Below, in pieces: positions 8,488 to 17,205 of a stretch of 45,924 bases of DNA (its first letter is position 1; each line of letters begins with the position of its first letter). Source of the stretch: an uncultured Deferribacteres bacterium (lineage in GTDB: Bacteria; Zhuqueibacterota; Zhuqueibacteria; Zhuqueibacterales; Geothermadaptataceae); NCBI GenBank assembly GCA_964014485.1, contig CAXHAT010000041.1, forward strand, positions 1 to 45,924, read 5' to 3'. Made by a program: the position numbers and the translations under genes. The notes under the pieces are model-generated. The model did not search any database. It was not told the DNA's origin and saw only the letters and a list, made by a program, of their open reading frames with translations.

Positions 8488-11388
8488 ATGATTGACAAAA
8501 AGCTTTTGAAACGATTTTACTTTTCTCTCGCCGCTTTGTTGGTTTTTACAAGCGCCGCTTCAGCACAGCTCATCACTTCGACGCCAGAATTTCCGACGCA
8601 AAATGATTCCATCGTCATCTTTTTCGACGCGAAATTGGGCGACGGCGGTTTGCGCGACTTCAACGGCGCAGTTTACGCCCACACCGGCGTCACAACCGAA
8701 GATGGCCAATGGCAACATGTGATCGGCAATTGGGGCGACAACGTCGTGCAGCCGCAATTGACCAATCTCGGCAATGATATTTGGCAAATGGTCATCGGCG
8801 ATCCTTACGAATTCTACAGCGTGCCGCGCTCGAAAAGCATCAAACAATTCTCTTTTGTTTTTCGCAACCACGACGGCTCGCGCTCCGGGCGGAACGTTGG
8901 CGGAGCGGATATTTTTTACGACCTGTTTGAAGCCGGGCTGACGCTGGTTTTGCAGCAACCGAGCGTAGAGGTGCGCTTCGGCGAGCCGGAACGTTCGCCG
9001 GTGTTTGCCGAAGCGGGAGATTCTCTCAAGATTCTCGTGCGCAGCGTAACGCTGGGCACAGCGACGCAAAGCATGACGCTCTTTCTCGACGACGTTCAAA
9101 TTGCGCAGACAAACGCCGATTCGCTCGATTTCGATCTCGTCGTCCCGGAAAATGACAGCGGTTTCAAGACGTTCAAAATCATTGCGGCTGACACGACCGG
9201 CGCTGAGCAATCCACCGAATTTTCCGTTATGGTCAATCCTCAAATCCTTGACGCCAAGCGGCCGACCGGCGTAGAATATGGCGTCAACGTCACCGGCGGG
9301 TCGAAAGTCACGCTCTCACTGCTCGCACCATTTAAAAATTTCGTTTACGTGCTCGGCGATTTCAACGATTGGAAAGTGGACGAAAATCACTTCATGCGAC
9401 GCGACTGGGTCGATCACAACAACGTTTATTACTGGCTGGAAATCGAAGGCCTTGACCCGAATCAGGAGTATGCATTTCAATATCTTATCGACGGCGAAAT
9501 CCGTGTTGCCGAGCCTTACGCGCAAAAACTGCTCGACCCCTGGAACGACCGATTTATCAACGCACAAACCTACCCGAATCTGAAAGACTACCCCTCCGGC
9601 AAAACAGAAGAATTGGTCTCGACCTTTCAAATCAATCGCCCAACCTACGCTTGGGAAGTCCCGGATTTTGAGCGTCCAGCAAACCAGGATTTGGTCATTT
9701 ACGAGCTTTTGATTCGCGATTTCATCGCCAGACACAATTACGAAACGATGATCGACACGCTTGACTATTTGAAAAATCTTGGCATAAACGCGGTCGAACT
9801 TCTGCCGATCAACGAATTTGACGGCAATGAGAGCTGGGGCTACAATCCGGCGTTCTATTTCGCGCCGGACAAATACTACGGCACGGATGTCGCGTTCAAG
9901 CGCTTCATCGATGAGTGCCACAAGCGCGGCATGGCGGTAATTTTGGACATGGTTTTGAATCATTCCACCGGCCAGTCGCCGCTCGTGCGCATGTACAGCG
10001 TGGGCAACTACGGCCCCCCGACGGCGCAAAATCCCTGGTTCAACGAAACCGCCCCCAACCCGTTCATTTCGTTTTTCGAAGATTTCGACCACGAAAGCCC
10101 CGCAACCAAAGACTTCATTGACCGGGTCAATACGTTTTGGTTGACCGAATTTCAGATCGACGGCTTCCGCTTCGATTTTACCAAGGGCATGACCAATAAG
10201 CCCGGCGACGGCTGGGCCTATGACGCCTCCCGCATCCGAATTTTGAAGCGCATGGCCGACGTGATTTGGGAAGCCGAACCGGGCGCCTACGTGATTTTGG
10301 AGCATTTTACTGAAAACCGCGAAGAGAAGGAACTCGCGGATTACGGCATGATGGTTTGGGGCAACATGAACAACGCCTACTCCCAATCCGCCATGGGCTG
10401 GCTCTCGGACGCCGCGCGCCGTTCCGACCTTTCCTGGGGCTATTTCGGTGAGCGCGGCTGGGACAAACCGCACGTCATCACGTACATGGAAAGTCACGAT
10501 GAACCGTGGCTAATGTACAAGAATTTGCAATTTGGCCGTTCATCGGGAGATTATAATGTGAAAGAACTGGGCACGGCGCTGGATCGCATCAAGCTGGTTT
10601 CCGCGTTTTTTCTCACCATCCCCGGCCCCAAAATGCTTTGGCAGTTCGGAGAATTGGGCTACGATCAAGATTTGCCGGAAGACGGCCGCACCAGCCCAAA
10701 ACCGATTCTCTGGCAATACCGCGACGAACCGTTGCGCTACAATCTTTACAAAGCCGTTTCAGCGCTGCTTAAACTGCGACGCGAAAATGAAGCGTTCACC
10801 GATCCGGCGACCGTTGTGGAAATGCGTGTCGGGCAGGGGCAGTACGACCGCCGCATTCATCTCACACACGAGAGTATGAACGTGACCGTCATCGGCAATT
10901 TCGACGTGCGCTCGCGGGATGTTTCACCGCGTTTTCAGCACATGGGCTGGTGGTATGACTTCGCCACCGGCGATTCGCTTGACGTTACGGATACGGACGC
11001 GCCTTTGACGCTTGGGCCCGGCGAATTTCACATTTTTACCACCAAGCGCCAGCCCGTACCGGATCGCGGCATTCTCACGAGCATTGAAGATGAAAAACTG
11101 ATCGCGCCTGCCGAATTCGCGCTTTTCCAGAATTATCCGAATCCGTTTAACCCGGAGACGGTGATCAGTTTTCAGTTATCAGAAATTAGCCGCGCTTCCG
11201 TAAAGATTTACAATAGTTTGGGGCAATTGGTGCGAACGCTTGTTTCTGAGAATCTCAAGTCGGGGCTGCACAAAGTTGTTTGGAACGGGCGCGACGATGC
11301 AGATCGTTCGGTCGGCAGCGGTGTGTTTTTCGTGCGTTTAAGTGCAGGCGACTATACGGCGGTCAAGAAAATCATGTTGATGAAATGA
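8488..11388 (+). CDS. Secreted GH13 alpha-amylase/pullulanase-like enzyme with CBM48 and FlgD-Ig/secretion C-terminal domain
   Basis: Signal peptide; SWGYNP, DMVLNH, DGFRFDFTKG, ILEHF, MESHDE; C-terminal QNYPNPFNPET...KKIMLMK. Start could be 8458. Confidence 0.9.
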   Translation: MIDKKLLKRFYFSLAALLVFTSAASAQLITSTPEFPTQNDSIVIFFDAKLGDGGLRDFNGAVYAHTGVTTEDGQWQHVIGNWGDNVVQPQLTNLGNDIWQMVIGDPYEFYSVPRSKSIKQFSFVFRNHDGSRSGRNVGGADIFYDLFEAGLTLVLQQPSVEVRFGEPERSPVFAEAGDSLKILVRSVTLGTATQSMTLFLDDVQIAQTNADSLDFDLVVPENDSGFKTFKIIAADTTGAEQSTEFSVMVNPQILDAKRPTGVEYGVNVTGGSKVTLSLLAPFKNFVYVLGDFNDWKVDENHFMRRDWVDHNNVYYWLEIEGLDPNQEYAFQYLIDGEIRVAEPYAQKLLDPWNDRFINAQTYPNLKDYPSGKTEELVSTFQINRPTYAWEVPDFERPANQDLVIYELLIRDFIARHNYETMIDTLDYLKNLGINAVELLPINEFDGNESWGYNPAFYFAPDKYYGTDVAFKRFIDECHKRGMAVILDMVLNHSTGQSPLVRMYSVGNYGPPTAQNPWFNETAPNPFISFFEDFDHESPATKDFIDRVNTFWLTEFQIDGFRFDFTKGMTNKPGDGWAYDASRIRILKRMADVIWEAEPGAYVILEHFTENREEKELADYGMMVWGNMNNAYSQSAMGWLSDAARRSDLSWGYFGERGWDKPHVITYMESHDEPWLMYKNLQFGRSSGDYNVKELGTALDRIKLVSAFFLTIPGPKMLWQFGELGYDQDLPEDGRTSPKPILWQYRDEPLRYNLYKAVSALLKLRRENEAFTDPATVVEMRVGQGQYDRRIHLTHESMNVTVIGNFDVRSRDVSPRFQHMGWWYDFATGDSLDVTDTDAPLTLGPGEFHIFTTKRQPVPDRGILTSIEDEKLIAPAEFALFQNYPNPFNPETVISFQLSEISRASVKIYNSLGQLVRTLVSENLKSGLHKVVWNGRDDADRSVGSGVFFVRLSAGDYTAVKKIMLMK

Positions 11389-12203
11389 TCGAAAGTGACG
11401 TTTCGGCAATCGTGCTTGCGGCGGGAACGTCGTCACGCATGGGGCGGCGGAACAAGTTGTTAGCGTTGTTTCAAAACAAGCCGCTTGTCTTGCACGTCGT
11501 CGACCAGCTCGCGGCGTCACGAGTCGGCGAGATTGTGGTCGTTTTGGGGCACGAAGCGGAAAAAATTTTTGATGTTTTGAGCGTTCATAAAAAAACGCTC
11601 CGTCCTCTCGTCCCGAAATCACCGAGAACTTGTTCCCCGCTTCCGTCATTCCCGCGCAGGCGGGAATCTAAAAAATGTGCTGCGTCCAAAGATTCCCGCC
11701 TGCGCGGGAATGACATGCACGTGGGGCGAAGTCCGGGTGAGCGCGTAGATTCTTCCAGAATAACAACGCAGGATAGTGCGTCACATAAAAATATTCGTTT
11801 TGTGAAAAATCCGGATTTCAAATCAGGCATGACCAGCTCGATTCAAGCGGGCGTTCGTGCGGCGCGGTCGGAGGCGGAGGGTTTTATGATTTGCCAAGCG
11901 GACATGCCGCTGATCACGACGGCGGAATATGATTTTCTGCTAACGAATTTCTCCCGGCTGTTGCAGAAGGACGACTTGGCGATTCAGCGCCCGATTTTTA
12001 AAGGGCGAGTGGGCAATCCGGTAATTTTTTCTAAAAAATACAAGGACGCGATTTTGATGCACCCAAGTCCTGAAGGCTGTCGCGGCATTCTCAAAGAAAA
12101 TGCGCGGCATGTCCATGAAATCAAGATGGACTCGGATCACATTTTGCAAGACATTGATACGGAAGAAGCTTTTGAGAGAATTACTCAGAATGCGAGCGGC
12201 TAA
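11385..12203 (+). CDS. mocA: Molybdenum cofactor cytidylyltransferase-like nucleotidyltransferase with a 66-aa palindrome-derived insertion
   Basis: IVLAAGTSSRMG..NKLL, NPDFKSGMTSSI, ADMP, GNPVIF, DIDT; ATGA overlap with the amylase stop. Confidence 0.8.
   Translation: MIESDVSAIVLAAGTSSRMGRRNKLLALFQNKPLVLHVVDQLAASRVGEIVVVLGHEAEKIFDVLSVHKKTLRPLVPKSPRTCSPLPSFPRRRESKKCAASKDSRLRGNDMHVGRSPGERVDSSRITTQDSASHKNIRFVKNPDFKSGMTSSIQAGVRAARSEAEGFMICQADMPLITTAEYDFLLTNFSRLLQKDDLAIQRPIFKGRVGNPVIFSKKYKDAILMHPSPEGCRGILKENARHVHEIKMDSDHILQDIDTEEAFERITQNASG
11645..11714. repeat. Family-A dRS3-like palindrome inside mocA
   Basis: Perfect 25-bp inverted repeat GTCATTCCCGCGCAGGCGGGAATCT / AGATTCCCGCCTGCGCGGGAATGAC with a 20-bp spacer. 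Confidence 0.92.
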
Positions 12204-12324
12204 CCAGGAGTGCAAAGCTTGCTTTGCCTTTCACTCACTCCCAATCGAATGCAACGGTCTTGGGGCAACAATTAATTTCTATACGAGCGCTCCATAAATC
12301 GCAAGGCAAGCCTTGCACTCCTGG
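12204..12324. repeat. GGAGTGC-type REP dimer (family D)
   Basis: CCAGGAGTGCAAAGCTTGCTTTGC ... GCAAGGCAAGCCTTGCACTCCTGG; sister copy at 22684-22806. Confidence 0.8.
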
Positions 12325-12373
12325 TTTTCGCAGCGCCCGAAATCTGCCTTCAACAAAAATAAAGGTTCTAGCA

Positions 12374-12877
12374 ATGAAATGGAAACGCAGATATTTTCTC
12401 AGCACCCTGGCCGTATTTGCGCTGATTTTTTCTTGTCGCGAACCACTGGTTGAAGAGGTTGCCGCGGAAGATAATTTCAAAAACGAAACTCTAAAGCGAG
12501 TGAACGCTTTGCGCGCGGAGGGACGAAAATGCGGCGATAAATCTCACGCCGCAGCTCCTGCGCTGGTTTGGAACGACAAACTTGAAAAAGCGGCCAAACG
12601 CCACTCGAAGGATATGGCCAATAACGATCATTTCGATCACGAAGGCACGGACGGCAGCGATTTTTGGCAGCGCATTAAAGACGCGGACTACGAGCCAACA
12701 ACCGGCGGCGAAAACATCGCCTGGGGGCACAGAAGCGCGGCTGAAGCGATTGACGGCTGGAGCAAAAGTCCCGGCCATTGCCGCAACATGATGAATGCCA
12801 ATTACAAGGAAATCGGCGTTGCCGAAAAAGACGGTTATTGGACGATGGTTCTGGCGACTAAATCAGGATCAAATTAG
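12374..12877 (+). CDS. CAP/SCP-domain lipoprotein
   Basis: Lipobox LIFSC; HSKDMA..FDHEG, GENIAWG, WSKSPGHCRN. Confidence 0.88.
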   Translation: MKWKRRYFLSTLAVFALIFSCREPLVEEVAAEDNFKNETLKRVNALRAEGRKCGDKSHAAAPALVWNDKLEKAAKRHSKDMANNDHFDHEGTDGSDFWQRIKDADYEPTTGGENIAWGHRSAAEAIDGWSKSPGHCRNMMNANYKEIGVAEKDGYWTMVLATKSGSN

Positions 12878-15108
12878 CGCACGAACGTATAGGCGTATTT
12901 CAGCAAAAACGTTCGGGTTTGCGTTGTCGGCAGGCGGGCGTGGCGCGGGTCGAGGGGATCGGTTTCGAGGTTGAAGCTGCTGTTGTAAACGAGGTAAAAA
13001 TCGTTGCCCTCGCGGGGGTTGTAACGCAAACGCACATTGGCGCCCAGCGCCTGGTCTTCGCTGTTCAATTGCACAAAAGCGTTAATCGAAAGCGCCTTGC
13101 TAAACGCTGAAATCAAACGGGCGCGCGTCAAATGCGCCTGAAATTTCACGTCGTCAACTTCAATGCGATTGAATTCGTACTCCAGCCCCAAAGAAATATT
13201 TTCTGAAAACGTCATCGACGGCGACGCTTCAAAATTATAGCGTTTCCCGCTCCAATACCCCCCCACTGACGCTTCCACTCGGTACTGCAAAGCCCCGCCT
13301 GAAGGTGAATCCAGGCTAGCACGCCCCATCACAAAATTGTAGTCTCCTTGCTCTATCAAAATTTCGCCGAAGGAGAAAGATTCTGCAAGATATTCGTAGC
13401 GATACCCCACCCCGCCTCCGGCGCGCGCGCCGCTTTTGAACGTCGTGCTCCACATCAGGCTGTGGTCAAACGTCTCCAAATTTTTCGAAACGTCATTGCC
13501 CCAAACCGAGCTGCCGCGATGGGTGATATTGTGGCTATGCACCTTGCTTTGCGAAATCGGAAACCAGGTGTATTGATTGCGCATGCCGATGCGATTGATT
13601 CCGCGACGCGGCAAAAAACCAACGGCGGGATTAAAATCCGGGCCAAAGTGCGAAAGTGAAAAACCGTAAGAATAGCCTTTGCGAAGCCGGCGCTGCAAAA
13701 CAATCGCGCCGTACTTGCTGCGCCCGGCATCGACGCTGTCTTGAAGCGTTTGCGCCAGCAGCACGCGAATGTATTGCGATCCAACAAAACGGACGTCCGA
13801 ATCGAGAGCCAGCGCGACGTTGTGGTTGCCGTCAAAGTCCGTCCGCGTCGTCGCCATACCGCCGATGAACGACCCGCTTTCGAAGGCTTCCCGTCGCACG
13901 CGAAGCACGCCGAAGTTTTCAGAAGCGAACTTGTCGCCTTCGATGACGGTTTCGCCGGTCTGCATTTCAATGGCGCCGACTTCCCATTTTCCAGCGCGTC
14001 CGGTCAGGCGGACGCCGCCCAAAATCGGCGTTTGCTTGCCGTCGACAATACCGATCCGTCGACTCTGAAAAAGCCGGTGCGGACCGCCAGGGAAGCGGAA
14101 AACAAACAGGTTGGCGCGCTCCTGAAAAAAGTCGCGTTTCTCCGGAAAAAATAGTGAGAAGCGCGTGGTGTTGATTTGCTGGTCGTCGACTTCGACCTGG
14201 GCAAAATCGGTGTTTGCCGTAATGTCGAGCGTAATATTGCTGGTCAGGTTATATTTTAAATCAAAGCCGACGTCTCGTTTCCAGTCTCGGTTGAAACTGT
14301 AGGCGGTTGTGTCGAGGTTGGGCAAGTTGATCTGATTGATCCCGCCAAGCGTGTAAGGCTTCAAGTAAATCGGATTTCTGCTTCGCACGCCTTCAAATCG
14401 AATGTCCAGCGCCTGGCTTGGCTTGAAGGCGCTGGCCTGCCAAGTGTTTGGGATTTCCGGGAAAACGTTGTACTCACTGTTGCGCGCGTAGTAGCGCCAC
14501 AGAATCAGTCCCATTTCCACGGAATTGTTTCGCGTTACGAAGCGCAGACTGGTGAACGGAATGCGAATTTCCGCGCTCCAGCCGTCATCGTTTTTGGCGA
14601 CGGCGGCGTCCCAAAAGGCGTCCCATTCTTCGTCGTATCCTCTCCCGCCCTCGGCGTCATTTGCGACAGTGACGTCGGTGCGCACGCCCGCCGGCGTTAC
14701 GATGAAACCAACGGCTGTGCGATTGTCATTGTAGGCGTCCAGCAAAATGCAAACGCCGTCCTGGTCATTTGAGTAAGAATCGCGCTCCAGCGAACGAGTG
14801 AGAACTGCGTCCGCGTTGTTTTCAAAAACTTCAGCCGCGAGATAAACGGCGTCGCGGTCATAGGCCAAACGCATGATCGTTTTCTGCGATGGCGCAGCGC
14901 CTTCGTCGGGCTTAAGGCGGTACCAATTAGTGATCGGCGTGGATTGCGCCCAAATATCGTCGTCGATGACGCCGTCCAGACGAAGCTCGATTTTTTCGAA
15001 TTTTTGCGGCGCGAACGGCGGGGCATTTTTATTTCCAGCGAACGAAACGCCGCAAAAAATCATCACAAAAACGCTGGTTAAAATGGAGTTTTTGCTTGAA
15101 CCGAACAT
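12874..15108 (-). CDS. CBM9-like/DUF5916 outer-membrane protein
   Basis: LDGVIDDDIW, WSAEIRIPFTSLRF, NTDFAQVEVD, RFSLFFPEKRDFFQE, SRRIG; C-terminal aromatic beta-strand; start approximate. Confidence 0.8.
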   Translation of the reverse strand: MFGSSKNSILTSVFVMIFCGVSFAGNKNAPPFAPQKFEKIELRLDGVIDDDIWAQSTPITNWYRLKPDEGAAPSQKTIMRLAYDRDAVYLAAEVFENNADAVLTRSLERDSYSNDQDGVCILLDAYNDNRTAVGFIVTPAGVRTDVTVANDAEGGRGYDEEWDAFWDAAVAKNDDGWSAEIRIPFTSLRFVTRNNSVEMGLILWRYYARNSEYNVFPEIPNTWQASAFKPSQALDIRFEGVRSRNPIYLKPYTLGGINQINLPNLDTTAYSFNRDWKRDVGFDLKYNLTSNITLDITANTDFAQVEVDDQQINTTRFSLFFPEKRDFFQERANLFVFRFPGGPHRLFQSRRIGIVDGKQTPILGGVRLTGRAGKWEVGAIEMQTGETVIEGDKFASENFGVLRVRREAFESGSFIGGMATTRTDFDGNHNVALALDSDVRFVGSQYIRVLLAQTLQDSVDAGRSKYGAIVLQRRLRKGYSYGFSLSHFGPDFNPAVGFLPRRGINRIGMRNQYTWFPISQSKVHSHNITHRGSSVWGNDVSKNLETFDHSLMWSTTFKSGARAGGGVGYRYEYLAESFSFGEILIEQGDYNFVMGRASLDSPSGGALQYRVEASVGGYWSGKRYNFEASPSMTFSENISLGLEYEFNRIEVDDVKFQAHLTRARLISAFSKALSINAFVQLNSEDQALGANVRLRYNPREGNDFYLVYNSSFNLETDPLDPRHARLPTTQTRTFLLKYAYTFVR

Positions 15109-15197
15109 GAGTTTGAAAGAGGTTTTCAAAGATTTCACATTAAAGAGACTGAGCGTGAAATTGGGGAATGCGTCGAAAGAGCGCCACACAACATGTC

Positions 15198-15225
15198 GTA
15201 GGGGTTCAAAATCTTGAACTCCTAC
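15198..15225. repeat. GTAG-type REP palindrome (family C)
   Basis: GTAGGGGTTCAAAATCTTGAACTCCTAC, near-perfect 28-bp palindrome. Confidence 0.8.
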
Positions 15226-15262
15226 AGGATGGTCCCAGCCCATGATCAAAAGCAAATGATGC

Positions 15263-15326
15263 AGGAGCCAAGCGCTTCAGCGTTTGAAGCAAAGCAACAC
15301 AGGCGACGATGAATCGTCGCACTCCT
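15263..15326. repeat. GGAGTGC-type REP dimer (family D, diverged)
   Basis: GCGACGATGAATCGTCGCACTCCT (15303-15326) with partner AGGAGCCAAGCGCTTCAGCGTTTG. Confidence 0.6.
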
Positions 15327-15353
15327 TTCTTGGGGTTTTCACAAAAACATCAA

Positions 15354-16781
15354 TCACGTCGCCGCCATTTTCGGATTGGACGAATCGTCCACTTCAACTT
15401 TAATGTTTTTCCACTTGCCTTGACTGAATCGGAGTACTGAGAGCAATGCACGCATTATGTGTCCTGCGACAATCGCGCTCCAGACGTGAATCGCCTGCAA
15501 GCCGAAAAACGTTTGCATTGCGACGCAAATGCCAATGGGGACGACGACTTGCGAAATGATGGAAATGTACAGCGGACTGCGCGTATCTCCCGCGCCCTGT
15601 AAGCCGCCGGTATATGAAAGCGCAACGGTGATGAAAAGTCCGGAGACCGCCAAAAAGCCCAATAACTGTGCGCCGATCGCAACGACAACCGGTTCGTCCA
15701 TGCCGAAGACGCCCAACAGGACGTTCGGCAAAAACCAGAACAGCGCACCGATCATTCCAGCGAGCAGCAGCCCAATTTGCGAGGCGCTTCTTGGGGCCAG
15801 CATGGAACGTTCCGGTTTTCCCGCCCCCAAATTTTGTCCGGCGACCGCCGCCGAGGCCCCCATTAGGCCGACCGACGTCCAGGTTATCAGTGAGAACAAT
15901 TGCGTATAGCCGACGGTGTAGGCCGCCTGCGCTTCGGCGCTTTGGTCGAGCGAGCCGATAAATCTGAGCAGCAAGACGCCGCCAATATTTACCGCGATGC
16001 CTTGAAAACCCGTCGGCAGGCCGAATTTGAAAAGCTGGCCAATGATTTTCCAGTCCGGTCGCCAATTCATTTTTTTGGAAAACCGAATAACCAGTTGGTT
16101 GCCGAACAGCCAGTACAGACCAATTCCAGCGGCGAGCATAGAAGCGATCACTGTGCCGATAGCGGCGCCGAGCGTTCCAAAGCCGGGGATCGGGCCGAGC
16201 CCGGGGATGAGAATAATGTTGGCGACGATGTTCACGACCGTCATGATCAGGCCAAGACGCAACGGCGTTCTGGCGTCCCCCGCCGCACGCATGGCGCCGC
16301 CGAGCATGAAAAACATGAGCTTGCCGAAGCTGAAAACAAACATGACGCGCAGGTACGACAAAGCCTCCGTTTTTACCGCAGGAGCTGCGTTAACGAAATC
16401 GAGCAGGGCTGGAGAAAAGAAATAACCTAGCGGCGCGAGAATGCCGCAGGCGAGTATGACGGAGACAAGAAACACTTGGTAAACGACGCGATTGACTTTT
16501 TCCGAATCCGACGCGCCCGCAAAGCGCGCCACGAGCACGCCCATGCCGCCGTAGAGCGAACTGACGAATACGACGACGACAAGGAAAATTTGCCAGCTCA
16601 CGCCGATGGCGGCGTTGCCGTTAAATCCCACGTAATGCCCAACCATCGTATGATCGACGATTCCCTGAAGCCCGGCGATCATATTTTGCAGCATGGTCGG
16701 CCATGCCAGTTTCCAGACAGCTTTTGAGACCGGTCCTTCGACGATAGAGCGGTCGAAAGACGCTTTTCTATCTTCATTCAT
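15354..16781 (-). CDS. MATE family efflux transporter
   Basis: VWKLAWP, GAMRAAGDARTPL, GQNLGAGK, LQGAGDTRSPL; about 12 TM segments. Confidence 0.93.
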   Translation of the reverse strand: MNEDRKASFDRSIVEGPVSKAVWKLAWPTMLQNMIAGLQGIVDHTMVGHYVGFNGNAAIGVSWQIFLVVVVFVSSLYGGMGVLVARFAGASDSEKVNRVVYQVFLVSVILACGILAPLGYFFSPALLDFVNAAPAVKTEALSYLRVMFVFSFGKLMFFMLGGAMRAAGDARTPLRLGLIMTVVNIVANIILIPGLGPIPGFGTLGAAIGTVIASMLAAGIGLYWLFGNQLVIRFSKKMNWRPDWKIIGQLFKFGLPTGFQGIAVNIGGVLLLRFIGSLDQSAEAQAAYTVGYTQLFSLITWTSVGLMGASAAVAGQNLGAGKPERSMLAPRSASQIGLLLAGMIGALFWFLPNVLLGVFGMDEPVVVAIGAQLLGFLAVSGLFITVALSYTGGLQGAGDTRSPLYISIISQVVVPIGICVAMQTFFGLQAIHVWSAIVAGHIMRALLSVLRFSQGKWKNIKVEVDDSSNPKMAAT

Positions 16782-16889
16782 TAATTTATCTCATTGGTAG
16801 ATTTTGGAAGTATTTGTGCTGAAAGCGGCGGGAAGTATACGAGGGAATCAGGAGAGATACAAATAGTTTAGCCGGGAAGGCTGTCCAGT

Positions 16890-17049
16890 GGAAATCCCAA
16901 GAACCAAACGCCAATTTTCAAATAAATCACAAGCCTCAAATCTCAGTGCTTGGCTTTCAGTCTGCGCAAGGCGTCTTCGTCTTTGCTTTGAAATTTGGCG
17001 TTTGGGATTTGTTTGTGATTTGAGAATTGTCGTTTGGAATTTAAATTTG
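16890..17049. repeat. Inverted low-complexity element with ~7-nt period (family F)
   Basis: A/C-rich arm CCAAACGCCAATTTTCAAATAAATCACAAG and complementary G/T-rich arm TTGGGATTTGTTTGTGATTTGAGAATTGTCGTTTGG. Confidence 0.65.
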
Positions 17050-17096
17050 CCAGACAATGGAGGGAAATCGTTTGTCGCCCGCCAATTTTATAGAGC

Positions 17097-17138
17097 AAAA
17101 AAACAAAAAGGCGAGTCAAATAAATTTGACCCGCCTTT
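17097..17138 (-). terminator. Rho-independent terminator of the S8 peptidase gene
   Basis: AAAGGCGAGTCAAAT/ATTTGACCCGCCTTT stem with an A-run on its left (U-tract on the minus strand). Confidence 0.75.
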
Positions 17139-17205
17139 CAATTCCTTTGCTTCCGAAACGCACGCGCACGCCCGCAAGCGGATCATGCGCGTCAGTCCTT
17201 AGATG

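Noticed and set aside
9316..10497. 393-aa minus-strand ORF
   Set aside because: Antisense shadow of the GH13 gene.
12224..12373. N-terminal extension of the CAP protein through a family-D repeat
   Set aside because: A clean lipoprotein signal starts at ATG 12374.
15109..15255. GTAG REP (VGVQDFEPLR) as a third in-frame coding insertion
   Set aside because: It lies upstream of the likely start and signal peptide of the DUF5916-like gene, so it is probably untranslated ORF extension.
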